Virus record (IMG/VR): IMGVR_UViG_3300033485_000001
Coordinates: 1 to 64,000 of that record
Source of the DNA: a virus
Length of the DNA: 64,000 bases
Strand: one strand, 5' to 3'
The position numbers and the translations under genes were made by a program. The notes under the pieces were generated by a model. That model searched no databases. It saw nothing but the letters and a program-made list of their open reading frames with translations, and was not told the origin of the DNA. Shown piece after piece: positions 1-9,444 of the stretch (position 1 is the stretch's first letter; every line of letters starts with the position of its first letter).

Positions 1-1
1 G

Positions 2-331
2 GAGAACTACAAGGAGCCGGGTCGTAGGGGCTACATGATCCAGCCGGCCATCGCGGGCCACGAGGGCAAGTACGCCCCCGGCGTGCCGACGGGTACCTGC
101 ATCTTCCTCGACAAGGACGAGCGGTGCATGATCCACCCCGTCAAGCCCATCGAGTGCGCGATGGCGCTCCACGACGAGCATCGGTTCAAGGAGAAGGAGA
201 AGAGGAAGATCGTGGATCAGTGGCAGGGCAAGGCTGCCCAGAAGATGATCAGAGACGTGTTCGGTGAGCCGCATGCGCCCAGGCTCTCGGTCTTGGAGGC
301 GATGCTCTGTGGACTAGGAGGATTGGGATGA
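2..331 (+). CDS. YkgJ-like Cys-cluster protein, C-terminal part (start probably left of window)
   Basis: CIFLDKDERCMIHPVKPIEC resembles the YkgJ/CxxCxxCC C-terminal motif; frame is open back to base 2. Confidence 0.55.
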   Translation, partial: ENYKEPGRRGYMIQPAIAGHEGKYAPGVPTGTCIFLDKDERCMIHPVKPIECAMALHDEHRFKEKEKRKIVDQWQGKAAQKMIRDVFGEPHAPRLSVLEAMLCGLGGLG

Positions 332-1644
332 TCGACGAGAACAAGCTCAAGCAGACGATCCGTGAGCTGCTCGAGGTGGGTGGGCTGCTCAAGACCGGCG
401 AGTTCGAGACCACGTTCAGGGACGAGACCAGTGACACCGAGTGGGTCGGGGTCGACATCGCGATCAAGCCCAAGAAGACGACCTGGAACGCTGCGCTGGA
501 CCGGCTCCCTCCGCAGAAGCCTCTGATCCACCGGCTCTTGGAGTGCATGAGCGGCAAGGACAAGGTCGAGCTGTTCCGACTGCTCTACGTCGAGATCAAG
601 CGTTGGGCCGAGCCCGACTCCGCGCTCCCAGACGACTACAGGGAGAAGCTGACGGCGATCTGCGAGGACACGCTTGAGGCGTTGTCCAGGGCACCCAAGA
701 AGAGCCAAGAGAAGGAAGAGGTGATGAACGCCAGGGCGGAGGAGACCATCAATCAGGCTGCGCCCTGGCTCATGGATCCCAAGGAGATGGACCTCAGCGA
801 GCGGATCATGATGGGCAGGCGTCACGGCGGCAAGAACATCCTCGTCACCATCAGTGAGGCCGAGGACATGCAGACCATTCGCAGGATCCGACAGGAACTC
901 GGTGAGCTGCTGGGAATCGAGTACCCACCGTTGTGGGATCAGATCATCGAAGCTGTCAAGGAGATCGTCAACGAGCCAGACCGCCTGCTCCTGCGGGTTC
1001 AAGAGGTCTGTGGTTTCGGCGCCAACACGTCCTGGGACGAGGTGATCGAGTCCATCAGGAAGCTGAACCAGCGGTCCGGTGCCAGGGGCAAGAGGCTCTT
1101 CGAGCTTCGCAGGGCCGTGGTGGCGATCATGTCCAAGTACCACGAGCTCAACATGGAGTACATCGAGCGGGAGAGCCAAATCGAGGAGCTGGACTCTCAG
1201 GAGCGTCATGATCAGGAGTACCTCCACGGAGTGCTCGTTGGGCTCCTCAAGGCGCACACCATCCTGAACAACGCCGATCCGCCCAGGAAGGACGCGCCCA
1301 AGGACAACCGCCGGATAGCTCGCAGGTACTGCACGGGGTGCAACAAGGTGATGTACATCCGGCCGCCCAAGGAGGACGTGGAGCTGCCTGTGCCCGACAA
1401 GGTGCTGTGCGAGTCCTGCTCCTTCGTGAAGAAGCGCGAGGAGGCACGCCGCCTCCAGCGTCCCGAGGACATGGAGGACAAGATCCCCGACATCGAGGCG
1501 ATGCTCACCAGGCTCTACCTCTGCGTCGTGGACATCGGCAACGCCATGGGTGCCCCGATCAATGAGGGCAGCAACATCCAGAAGCACCTCAAGCAGCTCG
1601 ACAAGACGGCGCTGGACCTCGGCCTGGACCTCGAAGAAGAATGA
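328..1644 (+). CDS. hypothetical coiled-coil protein with CxxC..CxxC zinc finger
   Basis: 438-aa ORF, ATGA overlap with upstream gene, CTGC...CESC. Confidence 0.75.
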   Translation: MIDENKLKQTIRELLEVGGLLKTGEFETTFRDETSDTEWVGVDIAIKPKKTTWNAALDRLPPQKPLIHRLLECMSGKDKVELFRLLYVEIKRWAEPDSALPDDYREKLTAICEDTLEALSRAPKKSQEKEEVMNARAEETINQAAPWLMDPKEMDLSERIMMGRRHGGKNILVTISEAEDMQTIRRIRQELGELLGIEYPPLWDQIIEAVKEIVNEPDRLLLRVQEVCGFGANTSWDEVIESIRKLNQRSGARGKRLFELRRAVVAIMSKYHELNMEYIERESQIEELDSQERHDQEYLHGVLVGLLKAHTILNNADPPRKDAPKDNRRIARRYCTGCNKVMYIRPPKEDVELPVPDKVLCESCSFVKKREEARRLQRPEDMEDKIPDIEAMLTRLYLCVVDIGNAMGAPINEGSNIQKHLKQLDKTALDLGLDLEEE

Positions 1645-1655
1645 CCTGATCTTGG

Positions 1656-1692
1656 TATAAGGGCTACGGACGGCGAGGAGTCGTCCTAGCCC
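1656..1692 (+). promoter_or_regulatory. TATAAG motif plus bulged 5' hairpin
   Basis: TATAAG 1656-1661; GGGCTA/TAGCCC and GGACG/CGTCC stems. Confidence 0.65.
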
Positions 1693-1728
1693 GTTCATTT
1701 TGTGGTGCATGTGATCAAAAGGAGGTGC

Positions 1729-3378
1729 ATGGACGAGAGATCAAGGATTGGATGGATCAAGACTCTCAATCTACTGTCCGAGACGTCGGGGCGGGAGATC
1801 GAGAAGCTCTTGGACAAGCTATTCGCGAAAAAGGTGATGGGTGCCCCGCACGTCCACGGGACGTTCGGGAAGGAAAGGGACGAGATGAAGAAGGTGAGCG
1901 AAAAGATGAGGAAGCAGAGCGTGGAGGAGAGACTCGAGGAGCAGATGGAGTCGTTCAAGTCGGTGGGCATCGAGTCGACCGGCACGAAGATCGTGCTGCC
2001 CGAGGGGATGGACCTCACCACGGGCATCGAGTGGCTGAAGCGCCACCGCATGGAGCTCGAGGAGGAGGTCAGCGTCAACGAGGTCATCAACGCCTACCCG
2101 CTCGACGCCGCGCTGGCCCTGGCGAAGGTCCTCCATCGCAAGTTCGGGTGGGCGCACATGAAGTCCGTCGACATGGGCTTCTTCGGCAAGCGGCTCCCGA
2201 CGATGGTGGGCGTGCCCACCGGGGTCGACACGAGCGAGCAGGTGCCGTGGGGGCAGATGGAGATCCCCGGCATCGACGGCTACATCCAGACCAACATCGG
2301 CAGGGGTGACGGCGGGATGCCGGTGATGCGGCTCGGTGGCGAGGTGCGCCGCAAGAACGAGAAGGACATCCACGAGCTCGCCAACGAGGTCCGCAAGGTC
2401 GTGCGCGAGGAGTCGATCTACAGGGGGAAGGCCATCAGGATCGACTTCCCCGACGACGGGGACGACTTCGACCCGAGCCAGGCGCCCAAGTTCCTCGACA
2501 TCAGCCAGGTCAGGCCCGAGGAGCTGGTGTTCAGCGCCGATCTCGACCGGCTCATCAGGACGGCGCTCTTCGTCCCGATCGAGCGCACCGAGATGTGCCG
2601 GCGCCACCAGATCCCCCTCAAGAGGGGCATCCTGCTCGAGGGGCCGTTCGGCACGGGCAAGACCCTGACCGCGTGGGTCACGGCCCGCAAGGCGCAGGAG
2701 AGCGGCTGGACCTTCCTCTACCTCTCCAGCGTGGCCGACCTCTCGAAGGCGGTGCAGTTCGCCAAGCAATACAGCCCGTGTGTGATCTTCGCCGAGGACA
2801 TCGACTCCATCGGCAAGGACCGCACGGCGATGGTGAACCGCCTGCTGAACGTCATCGACGGCGTCGAGAGCAAGAGCTCCGAGCTCATCGTGGTCCTCAC
2901 CACGAACGCCGTGACCGAGATCAACCAGGCGCTGCTCCGGCCCGGCCGCCTGGACGCCGTCGTGAGCGTGCGGGCACCCGACGCCGGCGCCGTCGAGCGC
3001 CTCATCCGGCTCTACTCCAGGGACCTGCTGCGGGAGGACGAGGACCTCTCGAAGGTCACCAAGGAGATGGCCGGGCAGATCCCCGCCTTCATCCGGGAGG
3101 TGGTGGAGCGCGCCAAGCTCGCCGCCATCGGCCGCCTGGCCACGGACGAGGCCCTGAACATCACGGCCGGCGACCTCGAGGTGGCCGCCAGCGGCATGCT
3201 CAACCACCTCAAGCTCCTGGCGCCCGTCCTCCCCGACGACCGCTCGGCGGCGGAGAAGGCCGCCGACATCCTCGCCACGGCCATGCGCGACACGAGCAAC
3301 GGCCACAACGGCGTGGACCACTCCAGCAAGCCCGCCATCAAGCCCTTCGTCCAGGTGATCACCGAGGTCACCGAGTAG
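1729..3378 (+). CDS. classical AAA+ ATPase (single AAA module, long N-terminal region)
   Basis: Walker A GPFGTGKT, Walker B VIFAEDID, SRH TTN...ALLRPGRLD; GGAGG before ATG 1729. Confidence 0.9.
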   Translation: MDERSRIGWIKTLNLLSETSGREIEKLLDKLFAKKVMGAPHVHGTFGKERDEMKKVSEKMRKQSVEERLEEQMESFKSVGIESTGTKIVLPEGMDLTTGIEWLKRHRMELEEEVSVNEVINAYPLDAALALAKVLHRKFGWAHMKSVDMGFFGKRLPTMVGVPTGVDTSEQVPWGQMEIPGIDGYIQTNIGRGDGGMPVMRLGGEVRRKNEKDIHELANEVRKVVREESIYRGKAIRIDFPDDGDDFDPSQAPKFLDISQVRPEELVFSADLDRLIRTALFVPIERTEMCRRHQIPLKRGILLEGPFGTGKTLTAWVTARKAQESGWTFLYLSSVADLSKAVQFAKQYSPCVIFAEDIDSIGKDRTAMVNRLLNVIDGVESKSSELIVVLTTNAVTEINQALLRPGRLDAVVSVRAPDAGAVERLIRLYSRDLLREDEDLSKVTKEMAGQIPAFIREVVERAKLAAIGRLATDEALNITAGDLEVAASGMLNHLKLLAPVLPDDRSAAEKAADILATAMRDTSNGHNGVDHSSKPAIKPFVQVITEVTE

Positions 3379-3411
3379 CGATCCTACCTTCGATTCCCAA
3401 CAGATCGGTGC

Positions 3412-3472
3412 TATAAGGGCTACGACAGGCCGGTGTCCTGTCTAGCCCTCCCTTCGGGGAGGGCGCCCTTTT
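3412..3472 (+). promoter_or_regulatory. TATAAG motif plus bulged hairpin overlapping a UUCG terminator-like hairpin
   Basis: TATAAG 3412-3417; GGGCTA/TAGCCC; GCCCTCCC-TTCG-GGGAGGGC then GCCCTTTT. Confidence 0.65.
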
Positions 3473-3491
3473 CTTAGCTAGGAGGTGCGAT

Positions 3492-3827
3492 GTGACAGCG
3501 AAGGTACGGATGGTGAGCGCCGAGGAGATCGCAGCGAAGGACGGGAGTCTGCTCCCCGAGGACTATCTCGTGAGCACGGATCCGGGGCAGGAGACCGGCT
3601 CCCAGTTCGCGGGCTGCTGTCTGACCGAGGAGATGAAGGAGGTGGTCCTGCGGACCGTTCGCAGGTACCTCGACAACCCGACCGCCGAGATGCAGCTCAA
3701 GCAGGATCGGCCGGTGAGGAAGCGGTACGAGCCCGGAGATCCCCACGTGAAGCTCGAGCCCAGCGAGTACATCACCCTGACCCTTACGATCAGGTGCGTG
3801 GCGGGGAAGTTCCAGAAGGAGGGGTGA
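3492..3827 (+). CDS. hypothetical protein
   Basis: 111-aa ORF after GGAGG. Confidence 0.7.
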   Translation: MTAKVRMVSAEEIAAKDGSLLPEDYLVSTDPGQETGSQFAGCCLTEEMKEVVLRTVRRYLDNPTAEMQLKQDRPVRKRYEPGDPHVKLEPSEYITLTLTIRCVAGKFQKEG

Positions 3828-3828
3828 C

Positions 3829-4053
3829 GTGGCCAGGTACCTGTCGGGCTACGTGAGGCGGGGCTACGACAACGTCCCGGACGACTGGGACAGCTACTGG
3901 TACAAGTGTGATCGCTGCGGTCAGAGGTATCATGCCTCTGACGGCGGCTGCGTGTGTGAGGAGGAAAGAGATGAAGAAGAGCCTGAGCTCGAGGATGCAC
4001 CGGAGGGCGAAGAGGAACAAGACGAAGAGGGAGGAGCTGAAGGGAAGGGCTGA
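3829..4053 (+). CDS. small Cys-rich protein with acidic tail
   Basis: CDRC...CVC; GGAGG upstream. Confidence 0.6.
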   Translation: MARYLSGYVRRGYDNVPDDWDSYWYKCDRCGQRYHASDGGCVCEEERDEEEPELEDAPEGEEEQDEEGGAEGKG

Positions 4054-4396
4054 GCGGATCCTCAAGTCCGCCCACCGCCAGGCCATCGTGATCAACGAGC
4101 CCGAGGTCTGGCCGCCGGCGGACATGACCATCCATGTCGACCCGCACGTGAGCGTCTACAACGTGCCCAGGAACGGATCCGAGGAGCGGCCCTTCCGGCG
4201 CCTCAAGCAGGCCATCAACTTCGTTCGGAAGCAGGGTGGCTACTTCCTCGACGTCATCAGCAAGAAGCAGGTGAGCGAGTTCGAGAAGACCGGCAAGGCC
4301 AAGCTCACGCTCCGCAAGATCGAGGTCAAGGAGGACCAGGGCATCTACGCCAACGTCGGCGTGCACCCGACGGAGCTCGTCGACGAGAGGGCGTGA
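3971..4396 (+). CDS. hypothetical basic protein
   Basis: ORF with RBS-like GAGG; overlaps the previous ORF by 83 nt. Confidence 0.6.
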   Translation: MKKSLSSRMHRRAKRNKTKREELKGRAERILKSAHRQAIVINEPEVWPPADMTIHVDPHVSVYNVPRNGSEERPFRRLKQAINFVRKQGGYFLDVISKKQVSEFEKTGKAKLTLRKIEVKEDQGIYANVGVHPTELVDERA

Positions 4397-4397
4397 G

Positions 4398-4862
4398 ATG
4401 GCGCGGGTGAAAGAGGAGAGGAGGAAGAGACCCAAGCTGGTTGAGCGACCGTGCCCTGGGTGCGGCCAGCTCAGGATCTGCGACGAGGGCTCGGTGATGC
4501 GATGCGAGAAGTGTCTGAACGAGCTGCGTCGAGAGAACAGGCTGGACACGAGGTGCCGGAAGGCTCGAAACCCATCTTGCATCAACTGCGCGGAAGATGC
4601 GATCAGAGAGTACCTCCTGCCGCCACCCACCAGGGGCCGGACGGACAAGCCTGGTCGGAAACGCTGGTGTGTGCTCTGCCAGAAGTGCATAGAGCACTGG
4701 ATCGAGAAGGGCGAGCACAGGTTCGTGATGAGCACCGGGATGCCGGCGGTCGGATCCCCCGACCGACCGCTCACGTCCGAGGAGATCGCTGACATCGGGG
4801 CGGCGAGATCATTGAGTCGGGATGCGACGACTGATCTCTTGACCATAGAGTGGAGGAGATGA
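4398..4862 (+). CDS. multi-CxxC zinc-finger protein
   Basis: CPGC, CEKC, CINC, CVLC. Confidence 0.7.
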   Translation: MARVKEERRKRPKLVERPCPGCGQLRICDEGSVMRCEKCLNELRRENRLDTRCRKARNPSCINCAEDAIREYLLPPPTRGRTDKPGRKRWCVLCQKCIEHWIEKGEHRFVMSTGMPAVGSPDRPLTSEEIADIGAARSLSRDATTDLLTIEWRR

Positions 4863-5143
4863 TGCCGAGGGAGATCCATGTGATCTTGAAAGACGGGAAG
4901 CCGGTCTACCGGGAGTGGAGCACCGTCGTGGACGCCTACACGACCACCCCCACTGCGAACCTCGAGGCGTTCAAGCAGCTCCTCTGGGAGTACGAGCTCG
5001 AAGAGACGAAGAGGAGGTTCGAGGAGGAGTTCCCGCAGCGGATCGAGCGGGCGCTCGCCAGCGGAACCTCGAGCCGGTTGCCTGATAGGAAGAGGAAGGA
5101 GGAGATGCTCAACGGTCGGTGGAAGAGGAGGCGTAGGTCATGA
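4859..5143 (+). CDS. hypothetical protein
   Basis: GGAGG RBS, ATGA-coupled. Confidence 0.6.
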   Translation: MMPREIHVILKDGKPVYREWSTVVDAYTTTPTANLEAFKQLLWEYELEETKRRFEEEFPQRIERALASGTSSRLPDRKRKEEMLNGRWKRRRRS

Positions 5144-5343
5144 CGGACGAGAAGACCAAGCCCGACATCCAGATCTTCACGTGTGGCCCAGGCCACGCGA
5201 AGTGCAAGTGTCGCTGCCCCCATTCCTGCGAGCACGTGTGGGACGGCCCGACCTGGACCTCGGAGGACGGGAACGCCCAGTCGGCGACCTGCTCGAGGTG
5301 CGGCATGGTCCAGATGGATCACGACATCTGGGTGCTGCCGTGA
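5140..5343 (+). CDS. small Cys-rich protein
   Basis: CKCRCPHSC, CSRC. Confidence 0.6.
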   Translation: MTDEKTKPDIQIFTCGPGHAKCKCRCPHSCEHVWDGPTWTSEDGNAQSATCSRCGMVQMDHDIWVLP

Positions 5344-5513
5344 AGCGCAAGATGACCATCGAGGAGGCGCTGGAGTGGATGCGTGAGCAAAATAGGCAGC
5401 ATCCCAACCCCTGCCCCGAGGACTCCTTCGAGGAGGTGCTCCAGACGTTCTCCCGCAAGCTCCTGCAAGACGGTCTGGTCGAGGACATCGAGATCGTGGA
5501 GAAGAAGTCATGA
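5340..5513 (+). CDS. small hypothetical protein
   Basis: GTGA-coupled start; fills the gap between neighbours. Confidence 0.5.
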   Translation: MKRKMTIEEALEWMREQNRQHPNPCPEDSFEEVLQTFSRKLLQDGLVEDIEIVEKKS

Positions 5514-5731
5514 GCGACGAGAGGATCATCCTGCCTGGGAGCGTGGGCTGGCTCCCGAACGACAACCCCAGGAAGGAGTCGAACTGGAAGTGCTGGGAGC
5601 TGCCCGGACAGTGGCTGTCCTGGTGCGACGAGTGCATTGATCACGACAAGGTGGAGGAGCACATCCTAGGCTGCGAGTTCTGTGCTGGGGTCTTCAAGAA
5701 GCTCTGCCACAAGATCGAGGTGAAGCCATGA
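5510..5731 (+). CDS. small Cys-rich protein
   Basis: CDEC, CEFC; ATGA-coupled. Confidence 0.6.
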   Translation: MSDERIILPGSVGWLPNDNPRKESNWKCWELPGQWLSWCDECIDHDKVEEHILGCEFCAGVFKKLCHKIEVKP

Positions 5732-5931
5732 AGAAGCTGTGGAAGACGACCATTGTGATCTGGTCCAGCGAGGACCCCTCCCACAAGTACGAGATGGTCG
5801 ATCTGGCCAGGGAAGCGACGGACGGAATGATGTACTGTTCCAACATGATCGCTGTCCCTGTCGAGGATCCCGAGAACGACCCGGACTGGGACGGGACCGA
5901 GTTCTTCGATGATGAGGACGAAGAGGAGTGA
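5728..5931 (+). CDS. small protein with acidic tail
   Basis: ATGA-coupled; ends DDEDEEE. Confidence 0.6.
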   Translation: MKKLWKTTIVIWSSEDPSHKYEMVDLAREATDGMMYCSNMIAVPVEDPENDPDWDGTEFFDDEDEEE

Positions 5932-5932
5932 G

Positions 5933-6442
5933 ATGCACAAGGATCACAACTGCGAAGAGACCAAGGCGATGATCGTACCATCGTGCCAGGTGCAAGAGCT
6001 GGCGCGGATGGAGGTCGAGGTGGACCGGCTCATCAAGTCGAAGTCCAAGAGGAGGGACGACATCATCGTGGAGTTCCTCGTCAGCCTCAAGGACAAGCTG
6101 CACAACCTCTCCTTCGACGAGCTGGGCGACGCTAACACGCTGACCTACGTCCGGGTCAAGAAGGAACGGCTGATCATGCTCCGCATCGAGTCGGAGCACC
6201 TCATCTACAAGGCGTACCTCGAGGGCTACCTCGACAGCAGCAACAGCGTCGACCCGAGGACCGGGATGCCGATCACGTTCATCCTCGTCGCCCGCGCCCT
6301 CGGGTTCAGCGATAGGGTGAGCAACACCTCCATCAAGTCCATGAAGGAGATCATGCAGCAGATGCTCTTCCTCATCGGCCAGGAGGACCCAGGTAACGAG
6401 CTCGAGGTGAAGGGACGGCCGCCGTGGATGGAACAGGAGTAG
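5933..6442 (+). CDS. hypothetical protein
   Basis: GAGGAG RBS; phage-typical codon use. Confidence 0.7.
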   Translation: MHKDHNCEETKAMIVPSCQVQELARMEVEVDRLIKSKSKRRDDIIVEFLVSLKDKLHNLSFDELGDANTLTYVRVKKERLIMLRIESEHLIYKAYLEGYLDSSNSVDPRTGMPITFILVARALGFSDRVSNTSIKSMKEIMQQMLFLIGQEDPGNELEVKGRPPWMEQE

Positions 6443-6444
6443 TG

Positions 6445-6816
6445 ATGAGGGTGTTACAGAGGCGTCCCTTGCCACCTGCGCTGGATCTCGATCTCATCAG
6501 GGGCGAGGCGACCGTCACCATCGATCCCCACTACTTCCTGACGCCGTACTACGTCGCCAAGGTGAAGGAGGTCCTCGGCACCTACCTGCGGACCTTCATC
6601 GGTGATGCTCGAAGGACCGGCGTTCAGATGTGTTGCGCCGTCCACGACGTCCTCATGCACGCCTGGGAGCGGGGCTGCATCTGGGAGCTGGATGATGCCG
6701 AGCTGGCTGCGATGGCTGGCGAGGGCTGGAACAAGTTCGAGGAGGGGTGTAGGCGTGTGGAGCCCAGAACATCGAGCTCGGATGAGGATGACGAAGATCT
6801 CCGAGGAAGAGCTTGA
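6445..6816 (+). CDS. hypothetical protein
   Basis: ORF directly after AGGAG; start uncertain. Confidence 0.55.
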   Translation: MRVLQRRPLPPALDLDLIRGEATVTIDPHYFLTPYYVAKVKEVLGTYLRTFIGDARRTGVQMCCAVHDVLMHAWERGCIWELDDAELAAMAGEGWNKFEEGCRRVEPRTSSSDEDDEDLRGRA

Positions 6817-7000
6817 GGGAGGCTGTTTCATGACGATCTGTGTGGAGGCGGCATGCCACACCGAAGAGGAGCTGGATGAAGAGGTCATGCTCCTGATCCA
6901 GGACTTCGACCAGAAGCGCAGGAAGGAGCGGAACTGCCTCCCGCTCACGGACTACGAGAAGCTCCTCCTGCGAGAGTTCCTGAAGAGTCTGATCGCATGA
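6788..7000 (+). CDS. small hypothetical protein
   Basis: GAGG upstream of ATG 6788. Confidence 0.5.
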   Translation: MTKISEEELEGGCFMTICVEAACHTEEELDEEVMLLIQDFDQKRRKERNCLPLTDYEKLLLREFLKSLIA

Positions 7001-7015
7001 GGGAAAGGAGAAGGG

Positions 7016-7552
7016 ATGAAAGTGCAGGTGGTGCTGAAGAGCGGCATGATCGGTACAGTCAATCTCCCCGACGTCTTCCAAAATGATCTTCTAAGCGAGG
7101 CGCAAGAAGACGTGATCGCGAACCTGGAGGAGGGAACGTCGTGCCCGTGCTGCGGGCAGTCGGTCAAGCTCTACCCCAGGTTCCTCAACGCGACCATGGC
7201 GCGTGCGCTGATGTGGCTCACCAACGAGTACCTCGCCACCAACGACTGGGTGGACAAGGCGAAGATTGGTCCTGCCTGGATCCAGAAGTGCGGCGGCGAG
7301 TTCGCCAAGCTCGAGTGGTGGGGCTTGATCGAGCCCAAGCTCAACGACGACACGAAGAAGCGGACGTCCGGGATCTGGAGACCGACCGACAAGGGGATCG
7401 AGTTCGTGTACAAGCGCCGGCGTGTCCGGTCCCCAGTGCTGCTCTACAACAACGAGCTGTTCGGCTTCGTTGACAACAAGATCACGATCGTGGACGCGCT
7501 CGCCAAGGACTTCGACTACCGGGAGCTGATGAACGGGTACAAGAACCTGTGA
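7016..7552 (+). CDS. phage protein with CPCC knuckle and winged-helix-like core
   Basis: CPCCGQ...L..WGLIE...SGIWRPTDKGIEF pattern; AAGGAG RBS. Confidence 0.65.
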   Translation: MKVQVVLKSGMIGTVNLPDVFQNDLLSEAQEDVIANLEEGTSCPCCGQSVKLYPRFLNATMARALMWLTNEYLATNDWVDKAKIGPAWIQKCGGEFAKLEWWGLIEPKLNDDTKKRTSGIWRPTDKGIEFVYKRRRVRSPVLLYNNELFGFVDNKITIVDALAKDFDYRELMNGYKNL

Positions 7553-7965
7553 CCACGGCAACGAAGTGCTCGGTATGCGGCAAGCCCATCACACGCTCTG
7601 GGCAGAAGACCTGCTCGAGGGCGTGTGAGGGCAAGCGCCGCAACAAGCACGTGACCCTGCGCTGTCGGGTCTGCGGCAAGCCCTTCGAGGTCTCTTGGCC
7701 CCGTAGGCGGAAGGCCAAGTTCTGCTCCGTCCCGTGCCGGAACCAAGCCGACCGCAAGGTCAAGCGCCGACCGAACAAGGAGCAGCTCGAGTTCTTGATC
7801 CAGCAGCTCACGCTCAAACAGATCGCAGATCAGTACGACGTGACCGAGACAACCATCGTGTGCTGGCTCTCGGACGCAGGGCTCAAGAGGCCAACCCGCG
7901 CAGAGAGGAACAGGATCAAACAAGAGGCAAGGATGAGGAAGAAACGAGAACCAGGCAGGAGGTGA
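7549..7965 (+). CDS. zinc-finger plus helix-turn-helix DNA-binding protein
   Basis: two CxxCGKP...CSxxC repeats, then LKQIADQYDVTETTIVCWL HTH. Confidence 0.7.
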   Translation: MTTATKCSVCGKPITRSGQKTCSRACEGKRRNKHVTLRCRVCGKPFEVSWPRRRKAKFCSVPCRNQADRKVKRRPNKEQLEFLIQQLTLKQIADQYDVTETTIVCWLSDAGLKRPTRAERNRIKQEARMRKKREPGRR

Positions 7966-7967
7966 CC

Positions 7968-8642
7968 ATGGGATTGCAGATGGTCGTGCACTACAAGCGA
8001 ACGCGAGTGCTTGGGGACACCATACTGCCGAAGCTGCGGAAGCTCTCGAAGGGGGAGCTGAACCACTGGATTGATCGAGATCTAGGCAACATCCTCGACA
8101 TGGCGGTCGAGACACAGCTCAAGAAGGGAGAGGTGGAGCTGTGGTGGGAAGACGACTTCGCCTACGGCATCTGCTTGAACAAGGTCATCAGGGTGGACGA
8201 GCACCTTCCGGCTGCCACCCTCGATCCCATCTACGTCATCGTCAGGCGGGCTTCCCGAGACGACGCCGACATGATCATCAGCGTCTTGAACCAGGAGACC
8301 TACGACAAGTCCATTGAGGAGCGGCGGTGGACAGAGGAGAAGCCTGAGAAGTCCAAGTACAAGCACCCAGACGATCCACCAGAACAGGAGGAAGACGTGG
8401 AGATACCGGATGGAGTGATCGAGGCCGTGAAGCAGAATGCGAAGGAGGAGCCCATCAAGGGCGAGTGTGTGCTGATCGAGTACACGACTGCCAACGACCC
8501 GGAGACCCATTTCGTCAGCACCGTGAAGAGCGGCATCACCCAGGTGTCGCTTGCGCTGATCGGGAATGGGGCGGACCCCAATAGCATCCACATCTGGAAG
8601 ACGCGGATGCGCGTGTCGTTCTCAACAACGCTGGAGGAGTGA
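7968..8642 (+). CDS. hypothetical protein
   Basis: GGAGG RBS; 224 aa. Confidence 0.7.
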   Translation: MGLQMVVHYKRTRVLGDTILPKLRKLSKGELNHWIDRDLGNILDMAVETQLKKGEVELWWEDDFAYGICLNKVIRVDEHLPAATLDPIYVIVRRASRDDADMIISVLNQETYDKSIEERRWTEEKPEKSKYKHPDDPPEQEEDVEIPDGVIEAVKQNAKEEPIKGECVLIEYTTANDPETHFVSTVKSGITQVSLALIGNGADPNSIHIWKTRMRVSFSTTLEE

Positions 8643-8643
8643 G

Positions 8644-9339
8644 ATGCCGAAGACAGAGTACAGGTGCGAGAACTGCGAGAGGATCTACGATCCGGACGAT
8701 GACCTCGGCGATAAGATCACCGAGAAGAACTGGCACTTCGAGCCGGGTTCCATCGTGCCCTACGGAGTCTGCGACTGCGGCGGCTACATCCACCGGATGC
8801 AGGTGGGCGAGCCTGTCTCCTACGCCAAGGAGGAGCAGGCGAACGCTGTGATCCAGAGCCAGTCGGGTTCCCACTTCCTGGAGGGCTTGCTCAAGCTGCT
8901 CTCCGAGGAACAGCGCCAGGAGTTCGATGTAACGGGCTGCGTCACGATCGGCTTCGGGCAGAGAGATCACAGCCCCACCAAGCGGTTCATCGATCGGCAG
9001 CTCAAGGAGATGAAGGAGTTCCCGGAGCTCATGAAGAGGGTGGGGAGGGAGTTCGACGCCCTGCTCGCCGCGAAGGCCATGCCCAAGGACTCGCCGAACA
9101 TGCAGACGGTCCCGGCGTTCGAGCCGAACTTCACGGTCACGAAGGAGCAGCTCGAGGAAGCGGCCAAGGCCATCCCCTCCCTCACCGAGCTGCTGGAGAA
9201 GCAGATCTCCCAGACCGCGCTCGAGGAGTACGCGAAGGTCGTGAACGGCCTGATCTCCCAGCAGCGTCGGGAGTGGAAGACGAAGACCTTCGCTACACGC
9301 TACGGCAACTGGAGACTCGTCGAGAAGAAGATGCCGTAG
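8644..9339 (+). CDS. hypothetical protein with N-terminal zinc ribbon
   Basis: CENC...CDC; GGAGG RBS. Confidence 0.7.
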   Translation: MPKTEYRCENCERIYDPDDDLGDKITEKNWHFEPGSIVPYGVCDCGGYIHRMQVGEPVSYAKEEQANAVIQSQSGSHFLEGLLKLLSEEQRQEFDVTGCVTIGFGQRDHSPTKRFIDRQLKEMKEFPELMKRVGREFDALLAAKAMPKDSPNMQTVPAFEPNFTVTKEQLEEAAKAIPSLTELLEKQISQTALEEYAKVVNGLISQQRREWKTKTFATRYGNWRLVEKKMP

Positions 9340-9345
9340 TCCTAC

Positions 9346-9444
9346 CCCCGATCAGGGGCCTCGGGTTCTCCGAGCGCCTCTTCCTTACGTGGTCATGATC
9401 AACTAACGAAGAGGCCCGAGGGGGCCTCACGAACCGTGACCGCG
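9346..9444. terminator. cluster of hairpins at a convergent gene junction
   Basis: CTCGG/CCGAG, GAGGCCC/GGGCCTC and CGTGGTCA/TGACCGCG stems. Confidence 0.45.

Noticed and set aside
810-845. GRRHGGKN resembling a terminase Walker A
   Set aside because: Spacing and final residue do not fit, and no Walker B or nuclease domain follows.
9389-9444. Possible ribozyme or tRNA-like element at the convergent junction
   Set aside because: CTAACGA...CGAA lacks the conserved hammerhead core and no cloverleaf forms; terminator hairpins explain it.
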